DNA of 64,000 nucleotides. Source: a virus. Both the position numbers and the translations under genes were made by a program. The stretch is from positions 1-64,000 of IMG/VR virus record IMGVR_UViG_3300011432_000001. The stretch is one strand, 5' to 3'. The notes beneath the pieces are model-generated. The model worked only from the letters and a program-made list of their open reading frames with translations. It was not told the DNA's origin and did not search any database. Below are positions 26,177 to 36,795 of this stretch, piece after piece (position 1 is the stretch's first letter; each line of letters opens with the position of its first letter).

Positions 26177-27384
26177 TGGAAGTACAAGAACTTATCAAAG
26201 CTGGATTGTTCCATTCCGTGCATACGTCTGAACGCAAGGCGTTTCGTGGTTGTCGCTGGCGCTGGGACAAAACCTATCGCCAGCACTACCAACCGTTGGT
26301 AACGCCTAAGCCTTTGGAATTCGGTATCGCCTGGCATATTGCCATGGAGACTTGGTATGATCCGGACATGTGGAGTAAAGATCGACACGAACAATACTTG
26401 GTTACTGTTGAAGTTTTCATCAAGACTGTGGCTGATCAACTGGACAGATACGAAAGACTCAACGGCACACCAGATGACGAGACTTTGCTAGACTATGTAG
26501 AACGTCGAAATCTTGGCGTTAAGATGTTGGAATACTATTGCTTGCGTGTGAGTCCCGAACTGGATAAGGGTTTGACCCCGCTCGCAGTAGAGATCCCATT
26601 CGAAGTTTATATGGGGTTCGAGTGCAGGTGTGATGCATGTTGGAAGCTTTGGAGACAATCTGAGATCGGCATCAAAACTAGGGACGGCTGGCAGGACGGT
26701 CTTAGTGTGATGGATCGTGAGATATCTCTTAATGATACATATTACAAAGCTAGTATTTGGAAAGGTTTGCCAGTTACTTTCGGTGGCCGCATCGACGCCA
26801 TTTTCAAAGATGAAGAAGATCGTATTTTGGTTTTTGACTGGAAGACTACGATCCGCATTTTGGATGGCGAAGATGAAGCTGCATTTTTGCAATTGGATGA
26901 CCAGGTGGGTGGATATCCAGTTGCTCTTTACAAGCTTGGCAGGCAGGTAGACGGCTTTATCTATCACGAGCAGCGTAAGGCTGTCCCAGAGCCACCAGAG
27001 AGGCTTAAGAGGCCCTATAAGGGGTGCAACTTCAGCACCAACAAGGTCGCTCCTGTGGAATACACTACTTACTTGAACACAGTAATGAATGAGGACTTGT
27101 ATGCTTACAACAATGGGCTTTACGACAAATATCTTGAACATCTCTCAGGGCCGATGGCACCGAAGTTTTACCAACGGCATACTATTTTCAAGACCGATAC
27201 ACAAATGGACAATTTCTGGGAAGATCTCATTAAAGAGGCGCACGACATGCTAGACAATCCCAGTGTGTATGCTCAACCCTCTCGGTTTAGCTGCAACTCA
27301 TGTCTGTTCAGGCAACCGTGCGAGGGAAGGTTGAGGGGAGAAGATTACCAAGTTCTATTAGATACTATGTATATTAAGGGCTGA
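26167..27384 (+). CDS. PD-(D/E)xK nuclease of the Cas4/RecB family with a C-terminal Cys cluster
   Basis: GRIDAIF..VFDWKTT core (D, E/D-x-K); three-Cys cluster SCNSCLFRQPC plus an N-terminal Cys, typical of a Cas4-like Fe-S site. Confidence 0.55.
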   Translation: MGLMEVQELIKAGLFHSVHTSERKAFRGCRWRWDKTYRQHYQPLVTPKPLEFGIAWHIAMETWYDPDMWSKDRHEQYLVTVEVFIKTVADQLDRYERLNGTPDDETLLDYVERRNLGVKMLEYYCLRVSPELDKGLTPLAVEIPFEVYMGFECRCDACWKLWRQSEIGIKTRDGWQDGLSVMDREISLNDTYYKASIWKGLPVTFGGRIDAIFKDEEDRILVFDWKTTIRILDGEDEAAFLQLDDQVGGYPVALYKLGRQVDGFIYHEQRKAVPEPPERLKRPYKGCNFSTNKVAPVEYTTYLNTVMNEDLYAYNNGLYDKYLEHLSGPMAPKFYQRHTIFKTDTQMDNFWEDLIKEAHDMLDNPSVYAQPSRFSCNSCLFRQPCEGRLRGEDYQVLLDTMYIKG

Positions 27385-27386
27385 TT

Positions 27387-27743
27387 ATGACTAAAACAAA
27401 TAAGCAAATTATCGATTCGCTATATGAAGATCTAATGAGTTCAAACAGGAGAGCTGAAGAGGCATCCTATAAATACAGAAGTCTATCAGCAGATATAGAA
27501 AGAACCGAAACAATAAATGCTGTTGATCTTAAACTAACCCGTAGCGATATAGCTGAGCGCATTAGGGCACGCAAGGAGAAAGATAACGAACTGATAGGAT
27601 ATTTTAGTTCCTATTCGTTCTACAGAGGCGAGGTCGAGCGCATCAATGCAGTTCTACAGGGCCTATTGGCTTTCAAACAACTGCGCAACTATTCTGCGCT
27701 TGCCCAAGGTCCATCTATTCCCATCAATATCTCTGGCCAGTAG
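27387..27743 (+). CDS. hypothetical protein
   Basis: ORF. Confidence 0.5.
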   Translation: MTKTNKQIIDSLYEDLMSSNRRAEEASYKYRSLSADIERTETINAVDLKLTRSDIAERIRARKEKDNELIGYFSSYSFYRGEVERINAVLQGLLAFKQLRNYSALAQGPSIPINISGQ

Positions 27744-27811
27744 ACATCGGTCGGGCGTGGTGTTATAGTCGTATACACTGCTGTTAACCTAGGACAAAGG
27801 GTATACAAGCT

Positions 27812-28636
27812 GTGGCGATAACTTCAATTGGCGCGCTACCGGTCAGAAAAGTATCTGAATCCACACTAAAATTCAACTTCCTAGTTTATGGACTCTCAGG
27901 TGTAGGCAAAACTCGACTAGCAGGAACTGCGTTTGACGTACCAGAGCTTTGTCCAATTCTACTTTTGAATATTGAAGGCGGAGATCTCACTCTGAGGTCG
28001 CTTTATCCGGACATTGAAGCGGTACGAATCACATCGTGGGATCAGCTAAAGAAAGTTTACGAGAATCTGAAACAGGGAAAACACGGATACAAAACTGTGA
28101 TACTCGATAGCCTGACAGAGATGCAGAAAATGGGCATGGACCATACTATGCTTCAACGTCACGGTGACGATGACCAGGCAGTGCCAGAAATCAAAGAATG
28201 GAATATCAACGTTGAGCAGGTACGTAAATACGTACGATTGTTCCGTGACTTAGAAGGCGTCAATGTAATACTTACTGCACTAGAACGTGTAGACATTGAC
28301 AAGCGAACGCAACTGTCAAGGAAGAAACCATCTTTGTCCGGTAAAGTTGCTGATGAAGTGTCAGGTTTTCTCGACATTGTAGCCTATCTTTACGTTCAAG
28401 ATATTGAGAAGGTGAACACGAGAATCTTACTGACAGGAAACATACCAGGAACAGTTGCCAAGGACAGATCTGGACAGTTACCACTACAAATTGCCAACCC
28501 AACGATGAAAATAATATTTGATTACATCAACGGTGACGGCAAAGTGGAAGCGAATCTAGAACGTGCAACGACGCCAGCAACGGAAGTTAAAAAGACAGAA
28601 GAGATTAAGCCAAAGGATTGGGAGAAGACAAAGTGA
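27812..28636 (+). CDS. Sak4-like RecA-fold ATPase (AAA_24 family)
   Basis: Walker A GLSGVGKT, Walker B VILDSLTE; adjacent to a DUF669-like gene as in Sak4 modules. Confidence 0.55.
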   Translation: MAITSIGALPVRKVSESTLKFNFLVYGLSGVGKTRLAGTAFDVPELCPILLLNIEGGDLTLRSLYPDIEAVRITSWDQLKKVYENLKQGKHGYKTVILDSLTEMQKMGMDHTMLQRHGDDDQAVPEIKEWNINVEQVRKYVRLFRDLEGVNVILTALERVDIDKRTQLSRKKPSLSGKVADEVSGFLDIVAYLYVQDIEKVNTRILLTGNIPGTVAKDRSGQLPLQIANPTMKIIFDYINGDGKVEANLERATTPATEVKKTEEIKPKDWEKTK

Positions 28637-29124
28637 CATTCAAACTGAACATGTCTGATCAAGAAGCAGACTCCAAGGATTTTGAATATCCTCCAACGGG
28701 AAAATACAACGTTCGTATCACTGACATTACTATTAACGAAGTGACGAAGCAAGGCGACAATTTCGGTAAGCCGTTCTGGAAATTGGCTTTGGTGATCGAA
28801 GACGGACCGCTTGCTGGGCAGACCATTCCAACTACGGTAATGCTTTTTGAAGGCGCGCTTTACTCTCTCAAGCAACTGTGTGAGGCCTTGCACCCAGAGT
28901 TCATTGATGGCAAAGATATAAACATTCCTTCTGTGGAAAATGGTAACCCGGACCCAGATCCTTGGCTTGGACAGGTTGTCAACATTCAGGGCACGAAATT
29001 ACCTGCTGGTTCAAAGCGTAAGAAAACTGGTGAGATTCGTGAATACGATGAATTCCAGATCAAGTACAAGAAGCCTGCTTCTCAGGACACACGCGCGGCC
29101 GTCGCCGGACTTCCTCTCCCATAA
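28618..29124 (+). CDS. DUF669-like putative ssDNA-binding protein
   Basis: Position and size relative to the Sak4-like gene; acidic N-terminus. Confidence 0.4.
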   Translation: MGEDKVTFKLNMSDQEADSKDFEYPPTGKYNVRITDITINEVTKQGDNFGKPFWKLALVIEDGPLAGQTIPTTVMLFEGALYSLKQLCEALHPEFIDGKDINIPSVENGNPDPDPWLGQVVNIQGTKLPAGSKRKKTGEIREYDEFQIKYKKPASQDTRAAVAGLPLP

Positions 29125-29191
29125 CTACATCTAGTAGCTTCTAGCCCGGCAGTTCCTATTTGGGGCTGTCGGGCCTACCTTATGGAAAATC

Positions 29192-30217
29192 ATGAACCCA
29201 TATGGGATATCAGCTATACCATACTTTGATGCTGGATTCTCTCCACTACCCGCACTAGGAAAATTGCTAGTAGTAAAAGGTGCAAGTGGAAGACATCCGA
29301 TGGCATCAAGGCAACAGATTGAAAAATGGAGCAAAACACATGGACCATTCAACGTAGCCCTTAGACTTCCAAAAAATGTACTGGCATTAGACGTAGATAC
29401 TTACAAAGGTGATCTGGACAGACTAGCAAAGTTGGAAGCTGAACTTGGTAAGCTGCCTACAACGTGGAATTCGGACTCACGTGGCGGACAGGGTGGTAAG
29501 CTTCTATATAGGATTCCGGATGAGCTGGCTTCGGAACGCTGGCAAAGTAACATCTCTGGAATTACCATAGTGCAGCACACGCATCGGTATGTGATGGCCT
29601 TACCATCACGGAATAAGGAATCAAACTCCAGATATCAATGGTATATGGGATTAAACGGACCCTTGGTTCCTGATTATCAAATTCCCACTGTGAATGATCT
29701 GACTGATATACCGGAAGAGTGGGCATCCGTACTCAAGAAGACGGTTGATCCAATGTATTATGAAACTTCTGGAATTTCAAATGACGATCTAGATATATTC
29801 AATACTGGAGAACCATGCACATATATGAAAATACTCACAGAGATGTGTGCGAAAAGGCTAGTAGATTGCTACGGTACAGGTTTGCATGATACTGGACTTT
29901 CTATCATAGGATTGCTTGTACTTGCGGCTTGTGATGGACACGCCGGAATCGTCGACGCAATGGAAATAATCTCAGACATCTTTGTCAATGCTCCACGGAG
30001 TAGGGACTTAGGTAATGAGTGGAATAACTTGTTAGCGTTTGTACTTGCCAATGTAGATGTAGACACGATTAGCGAAGTTGATAGCTGTGACTTAAAAATT
30101 AATATGACATCTACTTCGAAAAACGAAATAGAATACGAAATAGCCTTATATTTGTCGGTGGGGATGACTCCTAGCCAAGCGTTCCGTAGGAAGTATCCCC
30201 CTAAAAGAAAAGGTTAG
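29192..30217 (+). CDS. bifunctional primase-polymerase (PrimPol, AEP family) N-terminal domain protein
   Basis: Motif NVLALDVDTYKGD (DxD) and IVQHTHRYVMALPS. Confidence 0.65.
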   Translation: MNPYGISAIPYFDAGFSPLPALGKLLVVKGASGRHPMASRQQIEKWSKTHGPFNVALRLPKNVLALDVDTYKGDLDRLAKLEAELGKLPTTWNSDSRGGQGGKLLYRIPDELASERWQSNISGITIVQHTHRYVMALPSRNKESNSRYQWYMGLNGPLVPDYQIPTVNDLTDIPEEWASVLKKTVDPMYYETSGISNDDLDIFNTGEPCTYMKILTEMCAKRLVDCYGTGLHDTGLSIIGLLVLAACDGHAGIVDAMEIISDIFVNAPRSRDLGNEWNNLLAFVLANVDVDTISEVDSCDLKINMTSTSKNEIEYEIALYLSVGMTPSQAFRRKYPPKRKG

Positions 30218-30224
30218 GTGCTGT

Positions 30225-31481
30225 GTGTACCCTACACAAGACCAAGAGAAGGCACTACAAAGGGTCCAAGATTGGTTCCGATCACCAAATTCTCAAAGAG
30301 TTTTCAAGCTGGGTGGACTGGCTGGTACTGGTAAAAGTTCACTTATTCCATGGATTCATGAGCGTCTCGAACTTGACGTCAACTACGTTCAGTATGTTGC
30401 TCCAACGAATAAAGCGGCTTTGGTAGTTCAGAGACGACTAAATACTGCGGGCATGATTGCCAACGCACGGACGGTACATAAAGTATACTATCACAAACAA
30501 GAACGACACTGCGACGAGTGTCCACTGACCGAAACTACAAAGAATATTTGTCATGGAGTATCTGGATATAATCAGTGTGGTTGTACTTTGGACTTCAATG
30601 CCAAGATGGAAAGTGATGCTAGAATCAAGCTAGTCGTTTGTGACGAAAGCTCGATGATTGGGCGTGAGGTATATGACGATCTGCTCGTTGCGTGTAGTCC
30701 ACAGGTGAAGTTTCTATTCATTGGAGATCATGGGCAACTGGAAGCGATCGAAGAAAATATCAATCTGGAAAAAGCTTTCGGCAAGTTCAATCTGATGGGC
30801 CGACCAGATTTCATTCTTGAGGAAATTCAGAGACAAGCGGCAGATTCACCAATCCTCAAGCTGGCTTATCAGGCACGTAAAGGATTCCCAATTGAGTTCG
30901 GTGACTTTGGCAATGGAGTAAGAAAGCTGAGGCTGGCCGATGAACTTGACTTTGATTTTTCCAATAGGGAACTTATCGGCATCACATACTTTGCCCACGT
31001 GGATAAGTCCAACCCACACCACAAGGGCCGCATGGGAGTTAACGAACTTAACCGTATATGGCGGGGCAACCTTGGCATTAAGTCAGTCGTCCCAATCGTT
31101 GGAGAACGGATTGTTGCAAGAGAGTTTATAAGGAGATCTGGAATATCTAAGGGAACTCTTGGTACAATCCTAGAAATAGATCAGAAAGATCACGAATCCT
31201 ACATGGTTACCGCATTGCTGGATGATGACAGGACCTATGAAGGGATCGTATCCTCTAAACAATTTTATAACAACAAACCGATCTGGGGCATCCATCACTT
31301 AGATAAATGGGATTACGGATACGCATTGACTTGTCATACTGCGCAAGGGTCTGAGTTTGAATCCGTAGTGGTCTTCGAACCGTCAAAAGGATTCATCAAA
31401 TGGCTAGGTGCAGTTTCATACAGTAGGTGGCTTTACACGGCCATAACCAGAGCAAAGCAAAATCTACTGCTCGTTGGTTAG
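30225..31481 (+). CDS. RecD/Dda-like SF1B DNA helicase
   Basis: Walker A GLAGTGKSS, Walker B VVCDESSM, and ALTCHTAQGSEFESVVV (the RecD/PIF1 QGSEF motif); GTG start. Confidence 0.75.
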   Translation: MYPTQDQEKALQRVQDWFRSPNSQRVFKLGGLAGTGKSSLIPWIHERLELDVNYVQYVAPTNKAALVVQRRLNTAGMIANARTVHKVYYHKQERHCDECPLTETTKNICHGVSGYNQCGCTLDFNAKMESDARIKLVVCDESSMIGREVYDDLLVACSPQVKFLFIGDHGQLEAIEENINLEKAFGKFNLMGRPDFILEEIQRQAADSPILKLAYQARKGFPIEFGDFGNGVRKLRLADELDFDFSNRELIGITYFAHVDKSNPHHKGRMGVNELNRIWRGNLGIKSVVPIVGERIVAREFIRRSGISKGTLGTILEIDQKDHESYMVTALLDDDRTYEGIVSSKQFYNNKPIWGIHHLDKWDYGYALTCHTAQGSEFESVVVFEPSKGFIKWLGAVSYSRWLYTAITRAKQNLLLVG

Positions 31482-32194
31482 TCATGCTCAAGAGCAACTG
31501 GCAGCCAGGCCAGATATTACCAATTCAAGAGGAATTGCCAAAACGTCCTTCTCTAAAGGACTTACCTAAAGTAACCAGATCCATCTCTGATGGTCCAAGC
31601 TATGGTTGTCCGAATCTTGTCTATTCTATATGGAAATCCGGACGCCACGCAGCAATGCGTTTAACATGTAAAACCTGGCGCTGTAGCAATTGCTCTCAAT
31701 TTAAGCTAGCTGAAATGTCGCAGACTGTAGCCGACGCCACATACGATGTATCAACCATACACGAATTATTCGTTCCTGATACAAAACGAGATAAAGTAAC
31801 AAAATACATGCGCAACCACAAGATATCGACACTGAATGTAAAGTTGAAACATGGGCTGTGGGTTCTTTGCTCAGATCCGGCAGAGGGAATAGACTGGGGA
31901 TCAAGAGAAATAGCTAGGGCTGAAGCTATAGCAAAGATCCACACCCTAGACACAAGAGATATAAAGCGCAGAGACTTCACGCGCGATTGGAAACCCGAAG
32001 AAGGATACGAACCTAAACGAGATACAGTTATCCTTGCGACGGCCTTCTCCACAATGGATGATTTAAAAGAAGTACTTGACGAATATGGACTGAATATTAA
32101 CAGTGAGTACGTAGAGGGCGATCCTCTGGAAGTAATGGAGAGGTTCAGTAAGCTTCGGATGGATATGAATCTCAACTTTGTTGTGGAAGAGTAG
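31427..32194 (+). CDS. hypothetical protein with a CxxC/CxxC cluster (probable start ATG at 31484)
   Basis: CKTWRCSNCSQ. Confidence 0.5.
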   Translation: MALHGHNQSKAKSTARWLVMLKSNWQPGQILPIQEELPKRPSLKDLPKVTRSISDGPSYGCPNLVYSIWKSGRHAAMRLTCKTWRCSNCSQFKLAEMSQTVADATYDVSTIHELFVPDTKRDKVTKYMRNHKISTLNVKLKHGLWVLCSDPAEGIDWGSREIARAEAIAKIHTLDTRDIKRRDFTRDWKPEEGYEPKRDTVILATAFSTMDDLKEVLDEYGLNINSEYVEGDPLEVMERFSKLRMDMNLNFVVEE

Positions 32195-32675
32195 GACGGC
32201 AATGGCACGTAGCGATCTGGTCAGACTTTCTAGAGATGGTGAGCCTCCAAAGGAAGCGAGCCTTACTCAAAGGAAGAAAGCCGTACTCGCTATGCGCAGA
32301 CGCGGCATTGGGTTTGACCAAATAGCGGACGATCTTGGTTTCGAAGACAGATTCGAAGTCATAGATATGCTCAATGAAGTTTACAAAGATTTAAGACCAA
32401 TCAACGTCGAAGAGATCCGAGACACTGTAGAAACTCAGATTGACGACTTGATTACGGTGTATCAGGAAGCTGCGCATGAGGGTGATCTAAAGACAGCCAA
32501 ATTCGTTCTGGAAGCGTTAAAACTTAAAGCACAACTTCGGGGTGCCATTACTCCTCCGCAGATTAATGTTCAGGTAAATAATCAGAAGCCCTGGGAAAGA
32601 GTATATGGTACTGTGCTTTCTGATCCAAATCAAATGGAAAACATTGTCGAGGGCGAAATATTAGAAGGTGAATAA
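32178..32675 (+). CDS. HTH DNA-binding protein (region-4-like), probable start at 32202
   Basis: KAVLAMRRRGIGFDQIADDLGF; RBS gaagagtaggacggcaATG. Confidence 0.45.
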   Translation: MLWKSRTAMARSDLVRLSRDGEPPKEASLTQRKKAVLAMRRRGIGFDQIADDLGFEDRFEVIDMLNEVYKDLRPINVEEIRDTVETQIDDLITVYQEAAHEGDLKTAKFVLEALKLKAQLRGAITPPQINVQVNNQKPWERVYGTVLSDPNQMENIVEGEILEGE

Positions 32676-32965
32676 TGGTCGAGGACAGTTGGGAACAACG
32701 AATGTCCGATAGAGCCAAGTCGAGGAGACCAATTGTAAAAGAAGACCATTTTGTATCTTGGGAAGTAAGGCACGCACGAGCTTGGAAAACTGTATCACAC
32801 ATGACATTAGGCGAAGCAATGGAGACGATAGCCTTTTATAAAGAAAACGGCCCGATGGCATGCGCTTGTCCAGGGCTTCCGTGTTGCTGGATGTGGCATG
32901 ATCAAGCAAAGGCACTAGTCCGAGCTGCTCACATTATAGTCAAAATGATAAATGAGGTTGAGTGA
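32675..32965 (+). CDS. hypothetical protein
   Basis: ORF. Confidence 0.45.
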   Translation: MVEDSWEQRMSDRAKSRRPIVKEDHFVSWEVRHARAWKTVSHMTLGEAMETIAFYKENGPMACACPGLPCCWMWHDQAKALVRAAHIIVKMINEVE

Positions 32966-33363
32966 TGGCCTTCATAGAGTTAAACATAGCTTATCATCTA
33001 GGCAAAGGCGTAAGCATTAAAGCTTACAAGTGCAATATTAGCAACGATGTGTATGGAAACTTAAAATACACAATAGATAAAAATGTAGTTGTAGAGAAAA
33101 CTGTAATAGACAAATTGGAGTTGACTCAGGATGATCTGCAACAGCTTAAGATTCAACTTGATCCTATCCTATTTGACGAGTTTGGATTCCTTGGTTACGA
33201 TCTCACGTACTACTGTCCTGGATATAAGCTTGGCATTACGAGTCTTAATGGAATTGATGACGTTTATTACGAAAGGCATTACTCGGAACGTCATCAGGCG
33301 TGGTTGGATTGGTATACACCGAATTGGCACAGCTCAGGTAGAAGCCGCTTGGGGCAGGAGTGA
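32962..33363 (+). CDS. hypothetical protein
   Basis: ORF. Confidence 0.45.
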   Translation: MMAFIELNIAYHLGKGVSIKAYKCNISNDVYGNLKYTIDKNVVVEKTVIDKLELTQDDLQQLKIQLDPILFDEFGFLGYDLTYYCPGYKLGITSLNGIDDVYYERHYSERHQAWLDWYTPNWHSSGRSRLGQE

Positions 33364-33408
33364 AACTTTTCGAAAGCGGTATAAGGGACGTCACCAATAT
33401 AGATTTGA

Positions 33409-33660
33409 ATGGAGCGAAGTATGACAGAGCCAAGTGAGCCGCCGGCAATCGTCCAAGCGATCATACAGAACCTATACACACTTAGAGGTGAAAGATTGCA
33501 AGCTCTCAATCAGTTAATCAATCTGGGAGATCCAAATGCTCCTTTAATTATCTTAGCCGATATTATAGGTCTTGCTGAGAATCTATTCATCATGATGAAC
33601 ATGCCACAAGACGGGTTCGTACCCTTCACTCAAAAGGATGAAAAAGGTGGAAGTAGCTAA
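33409..33660 (+). CDS. hypothetical protein
   Basis: RBS aatggagcgaagtATG. Confidence 0.45.
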   Translation: MERSMTEPSEPPAIVQAIIQNLYTLRGERLQALNQLINLGDPNAPLIILADIIGLAENLFIMMNMPQDGFVPFTQKDEKGGSS

Positions 33661-35953
33661 TGGAAGAAAGCACCCACTCGCTAGATGCGAGTCTTGTCCT
33701 TGGAGAGAAGACGGAAAATTTGTACCCGCCCTCGTACCTAAAGAGCATGTACGTGTTGCTGTTGTTGGAGAGGCCCCAGGATCTTACGAAGCAAGAACTG
33801 GTATCCCGTTTACTGGACCCTCAGGTGAGTTGCTAGATCGTGTAATGGAACATCAGGGTTACAAACGTAAGGAATTGGCCCTAATTAACACGGTGAGTTG
33901 CCGTCCCGAGGGACCTACACAAAAACCACCAAAACAGGCCGTAGCGTGCTGTTCAGACCGGCTGGATTACGACCTTAAGCGAGCGAATGCACCCATAATT
34001 CTGGCCGTGGGAGGTACCAGTGCCCAAGCACTCTTGGGAGAATCAAGACCCATATCAAAACTTCGAATCGGACTTCCCAGACCCTCAGCTTATGGTCCGG
34101 TCGTTTCCACATGGCACCCAGCCTACTGTCTTAGAACCCCTGATTCCTTTCCGTCGTTTGTACGAGACACACAGAAGCTCAAAGGTTTATATGTCGAACC
34201 TTGGAAACCTCCACACTACAAGGTATTTGAAAATCCGGATGTGGCGCTGGTTGCTCTGCGTAGACTCTTACGAGTCAAAAGAGTTGTCATTGATATTGAA
34301 GCGGCGTCGGATAAAGATATCGATGACGCACATCCCGAAGATTATGACCTTCTTTGCGTTGGGATTGCGTATGCCAAAGGGCAAGCAGTTGTGTTTGGTC
34401 CTGAAATTTTTCTGGACCAGAGGTGTCTCGATGCTTTTGGACGACTCCTTAGCGAAGTAAAGATTGATGGATGGAATCTAAAATTTGACCTATTAGGTCT
34501 GTCTCCTAAGTTTGGAATCAACAAAGCCAGTCGCGACGGCATGCTCATGTCCTATGTTCTGGATGAGCGACCACGTCAGCACGGCTTGAAACTGCGTGGA
34601 GTCGAAGACCAAAATGCTCCACGCTATGACGAAGAGATTGCACAATACGTCAAAGGTAAAGAGGGAAGTTTCGCTAACATTCCTAAGGAATTACTTTACA
34701 AATACAATGCTTACGATGTCGGATTAACCTGGGATCAGATAGAATACGAATCGTTGTTAATGACACCTAAGCAGCATGAGCTACACGAATTCTTAATCAG
34801 TGCTGTCAATGAACTTATGCATATTGAACTGTCTCCATTGCAGTTCGACGTCGAGTACAACGAGGAACTTGCTTTAAGATACAAAGAGAAGTTGGCAAAT
34901 TCTGAAACCAGGATCGCAGACTTTCTAGGTTACGAACTGAATCCGCGATCGCCAATGCAAATAAAGCAGTGGTTCTTTTTGCAAGGCATGGACATCCCTA
35001 CCACCAACAGAGAGTTTCTAGAAAAGGTGGTGCTGGATTGCGATCCACGAGTTGAGCAATTCATTGATCTGATCCTTGAGAATCGTGGATTGGCCAAGAC
35101 GTTCGGCACGTACATAAAAGGACTTCGTAACAAGGTTAAAGACGGACAGATGTTCACGACGTTCTCTCTGCACAGCACTACAAGCGGCAGGCTTGCCAGT
35201 AAGAAGCCAAACATGCAGAACATCAAGCGCGACAAAGAGATTCGTAACCAGTTCACTGCCGAGTTTGGAAAGGTATTGGTGCAGTGTGACTACTCTCAAG
35301 TTGAGGGACGCACAATCTGTGATCTATCTCGCGATGGATTTCTCCAAGCCTCCTTCTCAGACCCAGATATCGATATTTTCAACAACTTCTGTGATCGAAT
35401 TTGGGGACCAGGATCGTGGGATAAAGAGAATCGTGTATCTATTAAATCCATCTTCTATGGATACTCATACGGACGTAAGGCCAAGTCGATTGCTAGAGAG
35501 CTTAAAAAGCCCGTGGAATACGCTCAAGCTCTTATGGAAGAGTTTAAAGGACTTATTCCAGGCGTGGTCGCATGGCAAGCAGCGATCAGGAAAGCAGTTC
35601 TAGATGGAGAAGATCTCACCACTCCCTTTGGTAGGAAGCGAACTTTTCATCTCATTACCAATGATAACCTCGAAGATGTCATCAATGAAGCACTCAGCTA
35701 CAAACCACAGTCTATTGCATCTGATATCTGCTTACGAGCTGCCGTGCGACTACGACCTTTACTCAAAGCAGAATTCGATGCAGACATCAAGCTGCTCATA
35801 CATGACGCTATCGTTACCGAATGCTTACCAGAAGTCCGTGAAGATGTTACGAGAATGATGAAATTCGAGATGATACGCTCGGCTGAGGAGTATACAGATT
35901 TCGTTCCATTCGCAGTGGATTCCACATACGGGTTCAGACTTGGAGAATTGTGA
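33638..35953 (+). CDS. family-A DNA polymerase with an N-terminal UDG family-4-like domain and a 3'-5' exonuclease
   Basis: UDG4 motifs GEAPGSYE..FTGPSG..WHPAY; Exo I VVIDIEA; Pol A motif A VQCDYSQVEGR, motif B RKAKSI..YGYSYG, motif C LIHDAIVTE. Confidence 0.85.
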   Translation: MKKVEVANGRKHPLARCESCPWREDGKFVPALVPKEHVRVAVVGEAPGSYEARTGIPFTGPSGELLDRVMEHQGYKRKELALINTVSCRPEGPTQKPPKQAVACCSDRLDYDLKRANAPIILAVGGTSAQALLGESRPISKLRIGLPRPSAYGPVVSTWHPAYCLRTPDSFPSFVRDTQKLKGLYVEPWKPPHYKVFENPDVALVALRRLLRVKRVVIDIEAASDKDIDDAHPEDYDLLCVGIAYAKGQAVVFGPEIFLDQRCLDAFGRLLSEVKIDGWNLKFDLLGLSPKFGINKASRDGMLMSYVLDERPRQHGLKLRGVEDQNAPRYDEEIAQYVKGKEGSFANIPKELLYKYNAYDVGLTWDQIEYESLLMTPKQHELHEFLISAVNELMHIELSPLQFDVEYNEELALRYKEKLANSETRIADFLGYELNPRSPMQIKQWFFLQGMDIPTTNREFLEKVVLDCDPRVEQFIDLILENRGLAKTFGTYIKGLRNKVKDGQMFTTFSLHSTTSGRLASKKPNMQNIKRDKEIRNQFTAEFGKVLVQCDYSQVEGRTICDLSRDGFLQASFSDPDIDIFNNFCDRIWGPGSWDKENRVSIKSIFYGYSYGRKAKSIARELKKPVEYAQALMEEFKGLIPGVVAWQAAIRKAVLDGEDLTTPFGRKRTFHLITNDNLEDVINEALSYKPQSIASDICLRAAVRLRPLLKAEFDADIKLLIHDAIVTECLPEVREDVTRMMKFEMIRSAEEYTDFVPFAVDSTYGFRLGEL

Positions 35954-36028
35954 CTCGTGAAGATGTCGTCGAAAAGGTTTTCGTCATGGTCGACGGAAAT
36001 GAGTTCGATATAAAACATATAAAGGAGG

Positions 36029-36382
36029 ATGGAGATTCCATCAGAATCTATCTCGATGAATGAGCCTCCGTACTGTCTCTGTTCCAAGGGTAAGACAGAT
36101 GGGTATAAGAATCTTGGAAATCAGCTTTGGGTTCACGCTGTTTGCCGTAAGCCCTCATATCTGTTTTGGATTAATCAAATGTTGATAAACGAATATTGGA
36201 AAGAACTAGATTTAATCATAGAAAGAATCCTAGAGAAGCGAGAACTAGAAGATGGACTAGACCGTGGCCGAGGTGAAATAGCATGCTTGTTTATTGCCTT
36301 ATTGCTTAGGCCACATAATCCAGATCCCAAATTCGTTCGCGACCAAGCTCTGAGACGATATCGCGAAAGGAATTCAGCATGA
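36029..36382 (+). CDS. hypothetical protein
   Basis: ORF. Confidence 0.45.
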   Translation: MEIPSESISMNEPPYCLCSKGKTDGYKNLGNQLWVHAVCRKPSYLFWINQMLINEYWKELDLIIERILEKRELEDGLDRGRGEIACLFIALLLRPHNPDPKFVRDQALRRYRERNSA

Positions 36383-36795
36383 AGTCCGATGCGGTGCCAT
36401 TCGAGGTAATGACCTTAGTTGATGTAAGTGATTTCTGTAATGATAAAGAACCGTTCTTCATTGCAGAACGTATAATAGACGAACACGTGGAACTTATATG
36501 TTTACTTAACGGCAAATATGGTATAGGCAATACTTCTTTCCGTATAGACTTGAGACTGGCACCATTATCTATGTTGAAAGAAACTCATAGACCAGCGCCA
36601 GAGGCAGTACCAGAATGGAAATTACCCAACGTATACTCACTTTATCATGATCTTAAGATAGGTGCTTTTAGTTATTCAGTGGTTTCCGTTGATATGAAGA
36701 CATCAATGATGTTGGAAGAACATAGCTATATGAATGTTTCACTAGTTAGATTTACTAAGGGTGGAGATTTTAGAAATGGAGGAGCAGCCACGTAG
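36379..36795 (+). CDS. hypothetical protein
   Basis: ORF. Confidence 0.45.
   Translation: MKSDAVPFEVMTLVDVSDFCNDKEPFFIAERIIDEHVELICLLNGKYGIGNTSFRIDLRLAPLSMLKETHRPAPEAVPEWKLPNVYSLYHDLKIGAFSYSVVSVDMKTSMMLEEHSYMNVSLVRFTKGGDFRNGGAAT

Noticed and set aside
26488-27141. 217-aa minus-strand ORF
   Set aside because: It lies fully inside the plus-strand Cas4-like nuclease gene, which has clear catalytic motifs.
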